Virus genome (UHGV): UHGV-0206450
DNA length: 37,872 bases
Direction: 5' to 3' (one strand)
Origin: a virus
This document shows positions 19,081 to 27,937 of this stretch, piece by piece. Each line of letters opens with the position of its first letter. The stretch's first letter is position 1. A program made the translations under genes and the position numbers. The notes beneath the pieces were generated by a model that was not told the origin of the DNA, did no database searches, and worked only from the letters and a program-made list of their open reading frames with translations.

Positions 19081-20040
19081 TTATCCTTCGGTCGTTGTAG
19101 TCGTTGTAGTTGGCGCTACGGCTTCGATAGTTGCTTCTACTACGCCAGCAGGAATTTCTGGGAACAAGACTAATGCATTCATGAATAGTGATTCGTAAGT
19201 TGCATTGCGCAATGTACGTCCGCGAGTAGCAGAAATGAACCCTGTTTCATCTGTGAAATCTACAAAGATATCACCTAGATCGCTAGCTTTCATATCCAAA
19301 TAAGCTAATACGATATTGTCAACTGCAGTTGAATAAACTTTACCTTCTGGAATTGCGTTTAATACAACAACATTAGTAGCTCCCAAGAAGTTTTTCAGCA
19401 ACGTCATTCCAAAAACATTCGATGCATCAGCTAAGACTTTTGTGTCACCAAGATATGTCGCTGCATCCATTGGATTAATAAATGAAACGAATTGTGCACC
19501 GTCAAACTCTTCAAATGTGCTTAATTTTCCCCAAGATTGAGCCAATGCTTTTTGCAATCCGTCTGCGGGAATTTTTGTTGGCGCTGTGCCTAAAAAGTCA
19601 ACAAATTTTGTTTTAATTCCACCTTGGATTTGACGTAATAATTTATTATCAGCTTGATCAATTGCTAATGATGCTCCATGCCGAGCAATCGATTCAGCAG
19701 TCACAGCGCGACGCCATTTGTTAAACGTTACTTGATAAGACTTATCTTTTGCACGAGTAACTTTAGATAGAGGAATGTCTTCACCTTCTGCGACATTTCC
19801 AGATTTTAAATCAGTCGTCCATTTGTACATTTGGATTTTCATATCACTTGATAATGGTTCTAAACGTGTAACGCCCAACAGTTCAAGTAATTCTTTGATA
19901 CCGGCTTCAAATCGGTTAACGAAATCGATCGACTTGATTTCCCCAAGATCGTCCATGGTTGTTAAATTTGTTTCAGCAGCAAAAAACTGTAGTTGCATTT
20001 TCATGAATCGTTTTTTATTTGTTTTTGACATGTTTTTCAT
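19081..20040 (-). CDS. Major capsid protein with a C-terminal oligo-threonine tail
   Basis: N-terminal MKMQLQFFAA motif, shared with the scaffold protein. C-terminus AVAPTTTTTTTEG with mixed Thr codons. GGAGG RBS. Confidence 0.8.
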   Translation of the reverse strand: MKNMSKTNKKRFMKMQLQFFAAETNLTTMDDLGEIKSIDFVNRFEAGIKELLELLGVTRLEPLSSDMKIQMYKWTTDLKSGNVAEGEDIPLSKVTRAKDKSYQVTFNKWRRAVTAESIARHGASLAIDQADNKLLRQIQGGIKTKFVDFLGTAPTKIPADGLQKALAQSWGKLSTFEEFDGAQFVSFINPMDAATYLGDTKVLADASNVFGMTLLKNFLGATNVVVLNAIPEGKVYSTAVDNIVLAYLDMKASDLGDIFVDFTDETGFISATRGRTLRNATYESLFMNALVLFPEIPAGVVEATIEAVAPTTTTTTTEG

Positions 20041-20052
20041 TTGTTGTTCCTC

Positions 20053-20673
20053 CTAAAATAGTTCTCTATTTGCAGCAATCATTCGTTGGCGTTCAGCGGT
20101 GTCTTTGATCGCCATGATTTCCGCTTTGGTCATTTGACCAGTACCAGTACCAACTTTTGTTTTGTTTTTAGAAGCCAATCGTTCATTGACCTTTGCTTCT
20201 ACCGCTTTGTCCCATTCGGCACGAAAAGCTTTCACATCTTCTAAAATATCTTCGGCAGTATCTCCGGTTATACGATGGGCAAAATCTGCCGGAATTCCTT
20301 GAGCAGTTAGTTGTTTGCCTTTTTCAACAAACAATTGCTCTTTCCGGAATTCTTCTTTTTCTTTCTCGAACTCCTCTTTTTCCTTTTGAATCAAGGCTTT
20401 TTGGCGATCTTCTTCAGAAAGCTTCGCCAATCTAGCAGCTTCATTTTTTTGTTCTTCTAATTCTTTTTGCCATCTTGATTTCTTGTTTTTAATGATAGAA
20501 TCAACATCTTTGTCATCTTTAAAACCAAATTTTGCCTTGATGGCCGCCAATTGTTCTTCATTCAATTCATCCACATTGAAATCTGGTGGTGTTTGATCTC
20601 CCGGGTCGTCTCCTCCACCATCTTCAGCGAAAAATTGTAGATTCAATGGCATAAATAACTTCTTTTTCATCAT
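20053..20673 (-). CDS. Scaffolding protein
   Basis: N-terminal MPLNLQFFAE. Highly charged coiled coil (EEQKNEAARLAKLSEEDRQKALIQKEKEEFEKEKEEFRKEQ). Confidence 0.75.
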   Translation of the reverse strand: MMKKKLFMPLNLQFFAEDGGGDDPGDQTPPDFNVDELNEEQLAAIKAKFGFKDDKDVDSIIKNKKSRWQKELEEQKNEAARLAKLSEEDRQKALIQKEKEEFEKEKEEFRKEQLFVEKGKQLTAQGIPADFAHRITGDTAEDILEDVKAFRAEWDKAVEAKVNERLASKNKTKVGTGTGQMTKAEIMAIKDTAERQRMIAANRELF

Positions 20674-20773
20674 ATGTTGCTCCTTCCATAGCTTTTAATG
20701 TGGATCAATGCTTGCACTTCCGCTGCTTTTATTGTCGTCACGCTTGGACAAAATAAAAAGCCTTAGTCAGTAA

Positions 20774-20995
20774 TTAGGCTTCCATTTCTTGTATTAGTTG
20801 ATGTTTAGCTAATTCCAGCATACCGATTACCTGTGTGGTACTTAGTTGTGTATAGAATGTGCTAATAAAGCCATCTTTATCCATTCCTACTACAACTATA
20901 CTTTCAGCATCTCTGAAAAATTCTTTTGATTGATCCATAAATTCTTCATTACTAACGCCACGTTCTTTTTTGCGTTTTAATTCTTTGAAATCCAT
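20774..20995 (-). CDS. Hypothetical protein (73 aa)
   Basis: GGAGG lies 8 nt before ATG 20995. Confidence 0.45.
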   Translation of the reverse strand: MDFKELKRKKERGVSNEEFMDQSKEFFRDAESIVVVGMDKDGFISTFYTQLSTTQVIGMLELAKHQLIQEMEA

Positions 20996-21051
20996 TGTTA
21001 TACCTCCAATAAAACTATTTAACGTATAGCTACGAGATATTCGGACCACCT

Positions 21052-21213
21052 TCACTTTCCGCCATGCCGGCTTTTGGATTCTGATGAATTGAAATCAAGT
21101 GGTTCTTTTTTATTGATTATGTTCCATCCGGTTTTTAAAATTGTGATTGTAATAACCAACGATAATGCTATCAAAGGCACTCCAACAAGCATTAGGACAA
21201 ATTTCATCATCAT
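21052..21213 (-). CDS. Small membrane peptide (53 aa)
   Basis: AGGAG lies 8 nt before ATGATGATG. MMMKFVLMLVGVPLIALSLVITITIL. Shorter than the ORF-track cutoff. Confidence 0.3.
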   Translation of the reverse strand: MMMKFVLMLVGVPLIALSLVITITILKTGWNIINKKEPLDFNSSESKSRHGGK

Positions 21214-21224
21214 AGATATCACTC

Positions 21225-22148
21225 CTATTCTTCATAACCTAGTTCTGAATCGTCCGGAACAATTCCAGTTCGACATCCAACGTGATAAGGTGGTGCAGTC
21301 ACTCCCGGCTCATATTCTGATAGCAAGTAAGATTTATCTTCACGATTAATTTGCAAACAGATATCAGTGGTCCTACTATCCACATGCACATTGTTTTTGT
21401 ATCTGGTCAATCCAAATTCTTCGAAACGCTTTGCCGCAGAAAGGTTGATAACATTCGTTCCATCTGTTCGAACAATTGCTTCTGCTCTACTTTTGGCCAC
21501 ATTGTATTTTTTACGCAATTCACGAGCCATATCTGCTGGACCAGATCCACGAATAAATCCTTGAGTAAGAACTTTTTTTAGGTCTTTGGCAAGATCATCT
21601 GTATTCCCCCAAATGCTGGAAGAATAATTTTTCCCATTAAATGGAGTTTTTACAATCTGTTCCAAAGCAGCTTTGTTCAATGTGCTTTTAGAGTTTCCGC
21701 CGATTATTTTACGATAGGCATATTGAGCTACTTCTTTTAGATATCGATCGAATGACTTATGCAATGCTCCGCTCATTTTGCCTAAGTGCCATTCCATATC
21801 TAGGTGCAATGCTTCAAGCCGTGTCACCTTTCCGGCTTTGTACTGCTCATTCAGCCGCTTCAATAGTTCGGGATCTTTTTCAGCTTGTTTGAAATACTTC
21901 TCAGCATTCGCTCGATAATCAGATAGATCTTCTCGCATGAGCCGTTTCTTTGCTTCCTGCATAGAGATATTGTTTTCTTTGGAGTATTTAGCGTAGAAGT
22001 TGTAAATCTCCTTCTGGATGTTCTGACGGCCTTCTGTGTAAACGTTCTGCAACTCATCGAAGAAATCGATATCCGTTCGATCAACATAAGCCATGATTTC
22101 ATCCATACGACTGGACCAATAATTTGGAGATTTATTGAGTTTAGCCAT
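21225..22148 (-). CDS. Minor capsid / head morphogenesis protein (SPP1 gp7 / Mu F-like)
   Basis: Follows the portal gene. AAGGAG RBS. Conserved C-terminal region (VDSRTTDICL ... PPYHVGCR). Confidence 0.8.
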   Translation of the reverse strand: MAKLNKSPNYWSSRMDEIMAYVDRTDIDFFDELQNVYTEGRQNIQKEIYNFYAKYSKENNISMQEAKKRLMREDLSDYRANAEKYFKQAEKDPELLKRLNEQYKAGKVTRLEALHLDMEWHLGKMSGALHKSFDRYLKEVAQYAYRKIIGGNSKSTLNKAALEQIVKTPFNGKNYSSSIWGNTDDLAKDLKKVLTQGFIRGSGPADMARELRKKYNVAKSRAEAIVRTDGTNVINLSAAKRFEEFGLTRYKNNVHVDSRTTDICLQINREDKSYLLSEYEPGVTAPPYHVGCRTGIVPDDSELGYEE

Positions 22149-22162
22149 TTAGGATCAGCTCC

Positions 22163-22366
22163 TTACTTCGCGGCACCAGTTAGAATACCAATCGTAAATT
22201 TTAATGCTTGTTCTTCGTTAAATCCTTCCGCTATACAATTATCAAATAAGCATTTACCTTGTTTAGCTATATACTCTAAACTGCGTTGCATTTCAAAGAA
22301 AGTGGCTTCAAGTGTTTGATTGTTCTCATTCATCTTCATTAGTTCTTTTAACTGCTTTTCATTCAT
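22163..22366 (-). CDS. Hypothetical small protein (67 aa)
   Basis: ATG 22366 with GGAGG 9 nt upstream. Overlaps the portal stop. Confidence 0.4.
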   Translation of the reverse strand: MNEKQLKELMKMNENNQTLEATFFEMQRSLEYIAKQGKCLFDNCIAEGFNEEQALKFTIGILTGAAK

Positions 22367-23870
22367 CGTCTTCATCCTCCGTTTCAGGTCGTCTTGGCGA
22401 TGGCTTCTCCCCAACTTCTTCTTTAATTCGTGCCAACTCAACTTCTGGATCTACACCAGTGACTGTTTTCAGAATTTCAAAGAGTGTCTCATCAGAAACT
22501 TGCCCCACAAGCTGACTTGCCAATGCAACAATTTCACTGTCTGACTTAGGAACATTGGCTGTAAATATGATATTTGTATCATTGATTTGATCATAAGCAA
22601 TAGAATCATTGCCTTTGATTCGCCAAATATTAACAGCTAGCCTCAAACGTCGCATCAAACCTTTTTCAAATAAACGCTGCTGCATCACACGACGATTATC
22701 GGCTGCCATCAATTTATATTTCATGCTTTCTCCAGACTGGACACCTGAAAAATTATCATCCGTTACATCCGGAGTAAATGTGAAGCGCAAAATATCATTC
22801 ACTAAGCGTTTCTTGTAGGCTTCAGCGCCTTCAGTATCGTATTCTTTTACAAGGTAAAAGGCATTTGGCTGTGCGCCATTTGGATTCGGATTATCATCTA
22901 AGTACATCAATTTCGCACGTTTGAACGCTAATGAAACAGCAAGCCGCGAATTAGGAACGATATTCCCTTCTTCGTCTAAGTCGTTTTGAGCAGTACCTGT
23001 ATATGGATTTCCAGCAATTACAAGGATTGCATCCATCGTGTCTTGCTGATAATTTGCTAGTTCGGATTGTGAAAGATCATAAGCATCGATCGAATCTAAA
23101 ACTGGTTCGAATGCTCCAGTGCGATCTTCATTGTTTGCAAACTCATTTACAGGAACACCGTCAAATGCATAATCGTCAAAATCGACTAGATGCATGCCTT
23201 TTTTATCTTGATTGCTGTTTACATACATATAGACCATGTCTGACGTATAGACATTAATAAAATCTTTGCGAACACCGTCACCATAATCCAGTGTGTAATA
23301 ATAAACGCCGAATAAAGAATTGCTGTCAGTTGTATCGTCGTAAACAACAAAGGTCTGTTCCGGATTTAATTTTACTAATTTGACATAAGCACTTCCTGAT
23401 TCGTCTAACACTGTAGTCTCCAGTTCATAGGCCCTACCATAAATAGATAAATCCGTCTTTATCAACACGTTATGATAAGTTTCGTTGTTCCTATTATTGA
23501 AATCGTCAATGTGTGCTTGGATATTATCGTCATTGTTTTTGTATTGAATAGGTTTACCCAACATGTATCCTTGCTCGAAAATGGTGATATAACGTGCAAA
23601 ATCGCTAGCAATACGATTATCTGCTGCAAACTCATCCGTTTTAGCTGGACGATATTTGATATTGTTGTCTGATAAAGAATACCGTTTGAGTTCTTTTAAT
23701 CTAGGTACTTGTTCATTTCGATGTCGATTAATGAATTTTTCTAGTCGGGAAATCCAAGTCTTGCTATCAAATTCCACCGAATCGAAATCTTCTTGTGCCA
23801 TTCTAAAAACAGCATTCGCATTTTTGTGGTAGCGATGGTTTCTTAGAAATGTAAAATTCTTACTGTCCAT
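22359..23870 (-). CDS. Portal protein (SPP1 gp6-like)
   Basis: 503 aa, immediately downstream of the large terminase. Acidic C-terminus. Confidence 0.9.
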   Translation of the reverse strand: MDSKNFTFLRNHRYHKNANAVFRMAQEDFDSVEFDSKTWISRLEKFINRHRNEQVPRLKELKRYSLSDNNIKYRPAKTDEFAADNRIASDFARYITIFEQGYMLGKPIQYKNNDDNIQAHIDDFNNRNNETYHNVLIKTDLSIYGRAYELETTVLDESGSAYVKLVKLNPEQTFVVYDDTTDSNSLFGVYYYTLDYGDGVRKDFINVYTSDMVYMYVNSNQDKKGMHLVDFDDYAFDGVPVNEFANNEDRTGAFEPVLDSIDAYDLSQSELANYQQDTMDAILVIAGNPYTGTAQNDLDEEGNIVPNSRLAVSLAFKRAKLMYLDDNPNPNGAQPNAFYLVKEYDTEGAEAYKKRLVNDILRFTFTPDVTDDNFSGVQSGESMKYKLMAADNRRVMQQRLFEKGLMRRLRLAVNIWRIKGNDSIAYDQINDTNIIFTANVPKSDSEIVALASQLVGQVSDETLFEILKTVTGVDPEVELARIKEEVGEKPSPRRPETEDEDDE

Positions 23871-23885
23871 TTCGACCTGCCCTTT

Positions 23886-25181
23886 CTAGCCAAAGAAAAA
23901 CTTGGCTGCTTTCATTTTTTCTTGAATATCTTGTTTACTGTACATATCATCAGAAAATGCATACCGAGTAGCATCAATCGTGTGATTGTCCTTATCCTCT
24001 AGGCGGGGCTTAGGATTTCCATCTTTATCTACTTGATAGTCGATATTTTCAAACTCCCTTGCAATATTGGGGGTTCTATTGGGATCGATACATATAAAGT
24101 CCAGGTCATCCAACCATTGTTCTCCGTACTCCACACTATCTGGTCCTTTTTTCACTCCGAATACCCGTGTCATAAAGTGGTCATTTCTCAATTCTGCTAT
24201 TGACTTTGGCTCTGCTGAATCGGCATTAATTCGATCCGATTGATACCCTTTCGCACACGCTTTACTTGCGAACTCACGGTTGCTAATCTTCACACCGTAG
24301 ATTTCGTCAACAGCATAGATGCCATTCTTTTTCTTGTCATAATGCCAACGGACAAATGCCAATGGATCCGTTGCATATCCAAAGTCTAGACCGTTACGGA
24401 TATTGTCGAAATTGGCTACCATGTCATCAGTGATGCTGCCAGATTTGACCTTGAGATTATCGAATGGTACGACACCAGAGCCGATAGCTTTCCCCATGTA
24501 CTCCCATTCGAATCGCCGGAAGTTACGTTCTTTCGTTACTTCTGCTTCCTCAATGAACTTTTTAGAGATGAACGGATTATCAAGATAAGTCGTATGATGG
24601 ACTTGAGTGTTTTCTGGTTGAAAGCTAGTTTCGTATTTTTTATTCACCCAAGACTGTTTTCGTTTAGGTGGGTTGTAGCTAAAAAAGAATTTATAAAAAA
24701 GACCATCAGAAAGTTCACCACGTAAAAGTGAGTTCGTAATGGTCGTTACAGATTCTTCTGTTTTGAATTCCGCCAGTTCTTCAATCCAAGCAATAGTAAA
24801 AGGGAATCTACTGTCCTTTAGAGATTTTATGCGATCTGGATTTTGTCCGCCACGAAATGCAATATAATTTCCGCGTGGTTTGTAAGTGATACGCATAGGG
24901 CTTTTGGTTATGCGAAAATAGGCATCAACCTCTTGTTCGGCAATAGCCCATTTCAATTGTTCATAAACAGAAAGCTCAATGTTCTCACCAACGTAGCGAA
25001 TGGCAACAGCATTCACTGGGTAACGCATGATTAATTGAATAATGATATGAGCGATATCAGAAGACTTACCTGAACCACGGCCGCCTTTTTCAACGACATT
25101 CAAGATATTTTGATTTAAAGCGGCACGCCATGTCGTATGGAAAGCTTTAGGTAGAAATTCAGATATCTTCTTAACTACCAT
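23886..25181 (-). CDS. terL: Terminase large subunit
   Basis: Walker A GGRGSGKS. 431 aa. Terminase_3/PBSX-like. Confidence 0.9.
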   Translation of the reverse strand: MVVKKISEFLPKAFHTTWRAALNQNILNVVEKGGRGSGKSSDIAHIIIQLIMRYPVNAVAIRYVGENIELSVYEQLKWAIAEQEVDAYFRITKSPMRITYKPRGNYIAFRGGQNPDRIKSLKDSRFPFTIAWIEELAEFKTEESVTTITNSLLRGELSDGLFYKFFFSYNPPKRKQSWVNKKYETSFQPENTQVHHTTYLDNPFISKKFIEEAEVTKERNFRRFEWEYMGKAIGSGVVPFDNLKVKSGSITDDMVANFDNIRNGLDFGYATDPLAFVRWHYDKKKNGIYAVDEIYGVKISNREFASKACAKGYQSDRINADSAEPKSIAELRNDHFMTRVFGVKKGPDSVEYGEQWLDDLDFICIDPNRTPNIAREFENIDYQVDKDGNPKPRLEDKDNHTIDATRYAFSDDMYSKQDIQEKMKAAKFFFG

Positions 25182-25614
25182 CTAAATCACCTATATCGTC
25201 AATAAATTGCGGCGGTTCTGTAATTGCCACCTCAGACTTATCAGTGAACAGTGCATAACGTTTACCAATATCAACGGCTGCGGCTCTCCTAGTCTGCACA
25301 CTTGGCTGCAGCTCAACAACTTTCTGATAGCCATCACCGTCTAAAATTGGAACAGGCTCTTTCACTTCACCTCTCATGACAGAAGTTAAAAATTCGATGA
25401 CTTCCTGTGCATCGGCAGTTCGCTCATTGTGCATAATTTCCAACTGTTCATCTATGTAGGCTTTTACGTTAACATTCGTTAACAATCGGCTAGCTGCAGC
25501 TTTTGCTACAGAATCCTTTTTGACGCTCTTGTATGCCGCTTTATAAGCTCTTGTGCCGTTTAGATCTTTGAGGTACTCATCTGCAAATACTTGTTGCTTA
25601 TTGGTAATAGTCAT
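25171..25614 (-). CDS. terS: Terminase small subunit
   Basis: N-terminal MTITNKQQVFADEYLKDLNGTRAYKAAYKS, typical of Terminase_2 small subunits. Overlaps terL by 11 nt. Confidence 0.8.
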   Translation of the reverse strand: MTITNKQQVFADEYLKDLNGTRAYKAAYKSVKKDSVAKAAASRLLTNVNVKAYIDEQLEIMHNERTADAQEVIEFLTSVMRGEVKEPVPILDGDGYQKVVELQPSVQTRRAAAVDIGKRYALFTDKSEVAITEPPQFIDDIGDLDGS

Positions 25615-25633
25615 GTTCGTTCACCTTCTTTCT

Positions 25634-25662
25634 GCACAAAAAAACGGCCCATAACAGGACCG
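25634..25662 (-). terminator. Terminator just 3' of the tRNA (- strand)
   Basis: On the - strand: CGGTCC-tgttat-GGGCCG (one G-U pair) followed by TTTTTTT. The hairpin is weaker on the + strand because of a C-A mismatch. Confidence 0.45.
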
Positions 25663-25729
25663 CTTTCTTTTTTATACTCTAGTAGGAAGTATCAAAGATC
25701 ATGTGAGTAATCTAACCGACAACTCCCAA

Positions 25730-25803
25730 TCAGGAATGTAGGATTTGAACCTACGACCTCTACTGCCCAAGAGTAGCGCTCTACCAAGCTGAGCCAATTC
25801 CTG
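25730..25803 (-). tRNA. tRNA-Pro (anticodon UGG), 74 nt, with no encoded CCA
   Basis: Hand-folded cloverleaf: 7-bp acceptor CAGGAAT/ATTCCTG with the C1-G72 pair characteristic of bacterial tRNA-Pro, A73 discriminator, D-arm GCTC-AGCTTGGTA-GAGC, anticodon arm CTACT-CTTGGGC-AGTAG (U33 U34 G35 G36 G37), T-arm GTAGG-TTCAAAT-CCTAC. Confidence 0.8.
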
Positions 25804-25967
25804 TCTTAAGACGGCTAGCGAATGAAGATAAGGAGTGTGTTCAACTCCATTCATTTTAAATTTTTGGGTGCCGTCTTAATTAAATACAGGGCGCTAAAAG
25901 GAGAATCACGAAAGTAGGTCTGCCAACTGATCATAAAGGAGTGCGCCCTGTTATTTACAATTTTTTG

Positions 25968-25997
25968 ATAATACTATTGTATTACGCCAAATGTCAA
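25968..25997 (-). promoter_or_regulatory. Near-consensus sigma-A promoter on the - strand, driving the tRNA leader and possibly late transcription
   Basis: On the - strand: TTTTTGACA, an 18-nt spacer, then TATTAT. It sits directly downstream of two direct repeats. Confidence 0.5.
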
Positions 25998-26003
25998 AAA
26001 TGT

Positions 26004-26040
26004 CCTATTTTATCCCTAACTTTTCCCTATTTTATCCCTA
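26004..26040. repeat. Two direct copies of CCTATTTTATCCCTA spaced 22 bp apart, immediately upstream of the - strand promoter
   Basis: Copies at 26004-26018 and 26026-40. Candidate activator (ArpU-type) binding sites. Confidence 0.4.
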
Positions 26041-26529
26041 ATTTTTTAGAGTGATCAGTTCTCCCATCTTATATGCTTCAGCAAATGCGATCAAAGCCTG
26101 TGCTTTTAAGCGTTCAATATTCTTGATGCTATAGTGAAATTCTTCCTTCTGGCCATAAGTGGTGATCCTGTATCCAGTTATGCTTGCTGCCAACTCGTTG
26201 ATCGTACATGGGTTCTTTACACAGTATGATTTTTTCAGTATCTTCTGATAAATGTCAGGCAGCTGCTTAATAGCATGATCGATTTCAGCAATTTTCCTAT
26301 TATAGTTTTGATGTTGCTTGGTTATCCCTCTAAACATCATAGCAGTTTTATGCTCCTGTCCATTACGGCTGCTTGGGCTTTTGGGCATGTCACTGTATTG
26401 TATGGCTTGAGTTAGATCATAGACACTGTCGTCAAAACTCACATGCCTCTTCATTGACATATAGTCTCCGAGAAGCTCACGTGCTCGTTCACGAGTTTTA
26501 TTCTCATCAATTTCTGGAAATAAGCTCAT
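26038..26529 (-). CDS. ArpU-family late transcriptional regulator
   Basis: 163 aa. Lies immediately upstream of the tRNA/terS region. Characteristic C-terminal segment (ASITGYRITTYGQKEEFHYSIKNIERL). GGAGGGG RBS. Confidence 0.75.
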   Translation of the reverse strand: MSLFPEIDENKTRERARELLGDYMSMKRHVSFDDSVYDLTQAIQYSDMPKSPSSRNGQEHKTAMMFRGITKQHQNYNRKIAEIDHAIKQLPDIYQKILKKSYCVKNPCTINELAASITGYRITTYGQKEEFHYSIKNIERLKAQALIAFAEAYKMGELITLKN

Positions 26530-26644
26530 AGCCTCGACCCCTCCGATATGTTAGAATTTATTTGTGGTTTATAACTTAGTCGGAGAAATCCGGCTTTTTT
26601 ATTTCTTTTTAGCAGTTCCATTAGCTTCTGCCTTTTGTTGCAAT

Positions 26645-26782
26645 CTACGCTTTTTCTTTTTTATTTTCGATTTTTTCTTTGGCAATGGCTTGCTTCTCCT
26701 TTTCATCTAATTCTTTACCAAAAATCACACTTGCGAATACTGCCGCTATTACGGCTACAAATATTAAAACCGCTTCTGTCAT
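26645..26782 (-). CDS. Small TM peptide (45 aa)
   Basis: Overlaps the upstream gene stop as ATGA. MTEAVLIFVAVIAAVFASVIF. Confidence 0.3.
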   Translation of the reverse strand: MTEAVLIFVAVIAAVFASVIFGKELDEKEKQAIAKEKIENKKEKA

Positions 26783-26973
26783 TTTCGCATCTTCTCAATT
26801 TCTCGCTCTAGCCATTCATCTTTCGTTGCTAGCAAGGTACCTTCTTTGGAGTAATATTCATTGATCAATCTTGCTGGATTTTCTTTGGTTCCCTCACCTT
26901 CGAACGAAACCACATGAATAACTTCCATCAATTTAACTTGTCGAATGTGATTTGATTTTTTAGGTATTTTCAT
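26779..26973 (-). CDS. Hypothetical protein (64 aa)
   Basis: GGAGGG lies 5 nt before ATG 26973. Confidence 0.45.
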   Translation of the reverse strand: MKIPKKSNHIRQVKLMEVIHVVSFEGEGTKENPARLINEYYSKEGTLLATKDEWLEREIEKMRK

Positions 26974-26986
26974 TGTCACCCTCCGC

Positions 26987-27355
26987 CTACAAATTGCTTA
27001 GAATACTCTTGATAATCGAGTACTCTGGCAAAATAATGTTTTGTAATTTGAAGAAAAGGAAAATTGTGGCAGCAATCAATACAAAAGGAGTTATAAACCC
27101 TATCATTACCTGAGGAATTTCCCAATCGTAAAAGTCGAAGTAATCACTCTTCAACTTACCTTTTTTGTGATATTTGAATAGATATACCAACAACGCTATA
27201 CACACACCATTCATAACTAGTGCCCAAACTAGCCAAATGACATTTTCCAAAACAAAACCTCGCACGTACATTTCCCAACCTTGGCTACCAATCTCTGGTA
27301 TTTGTTTTAAACCATCTTTTAGTAATTTCAATAATTCAGTAAGTTGTTTTTCCAT
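26987..27355 (-). CDS. Membrane protein (122 aa)
   Basis: Several hydrophobic helices. Confidence 0.5.
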   Translation of the reverse strand: MEKQLTELLKLLKDGLKQIPEIGSQGWEMYVRGFVLENVIWLVWALVMNGVCIALLVYLFKYHKKGKLKSDYFDFYDWEIPQVMIGFITPFVLIAATIFLFFKLQNIILPEYSIIKSILSNL

Positions 27356-27357
27356 TT

Positions 27358-27558
27358 TTACCCTCCACTTTCAATTACTTCACGCACAATTGGATCACGA
27401 TAAAGCATTTTATATTTTAGTTGCTCATGTTGCAGCTGTTGTTCTAACTGCTTAATTTGTTCCTGTTGGTCCACTATTGTATAGGATAGCCAACTTAGAC
27501 CAGCGATTGTTAACAGTATTGATACAACAGCTAGTACCGTACAATGATTAATTTTCAT
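27358..27558 (-). CDS. Small TM / coiled-coil protein (66 aa)
   Basis: GGAG lies 7 nt before ATG 27558. N-terminal TM followed by a Q-rich coiled coil. Confidence 0.4.
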   Translation of the reverse strand: MKINHCTVLAVVSILLTIAGLSWLSYTIVDQQEQIKQLEQQLQHEQLKYKMLYRDPIVREVIESGG

Positions 27559-27937
27559 CGGCTTGCTCCAATAGTTCTGGGTTTTCGTAGATATTGCCAA
27601 TAACTTCGCATCCGTCTTTCCAGATAATATTAAATTGTGTTGATGGGTCGTTTTGCATCAAGTTTTTTGGATTGTATGCCATATAAATCCCGTTTTGAAA
27701 AACAGGAGTATACCCGTTGGCCCACCTGTCAAACACTATGTCCCCCTCAAAAATCTCCTCACCGTTCTTGTCTTTCAAGCCAGTGGATTGCATGAGTTCG
27801 ATTTCCCTGAACCAAAACCACTCACCGATGGTAGCTTTCCCAATCTGTAAACAATACATATTCCTGCTAAAATCGATTGCTAAAATATTGTGCATCGTTT
27901 TAGCCTCAATTAAAAATGCTCTAAATTTTGGTACCAT
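27548..27937 (-). CDS. YopX-family phage protein
   Basis: Begins MVPKFRAF and ends VIGNIYENPELL, the typical YopX signature. Confidence 0.75.
   Translation of the reverse strand: MVPKFRAFLIEAKTMHNILAIDFSRNMYCLQIGKATIGEWFWFREIELMQSTGLKDKNGEEIFEGDIVFDRWANGYTPVFQNGIYMAYNPKNLMQNDPSTQFNIIWKDGCEVIGNIYENPELLEQADEN

Noticed and set aside
17103-19110. Oligo-Thr C-termini as products of sequencing or homopolymer slippage or a programmed frameshift
   Set aside because: Thr runs are encoded by mixed codons (act, aca, acg, acc) with no homopolymer tract. Both occur in frame directly before stop codons.
21074-21349. + strand 91-aa ORF in the gap after the minor capsid gene
   Set aside because: Antisense to a better-supported - strand small membrane ORF (21052..21213) that has an AGGAG RBS. 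The + strand ORF has no RBS.
25730-25803. tRNA as the integration target (att) of a tRNA-inserting element
   Set aside because: Phage late genes (terS and ArpU) flank it co-linearly on both sides. No integrase abuts the tRNA 3' end and no duplicated 3' tRNA fragment was seen. It is more likely a phage-encoded tRNA.
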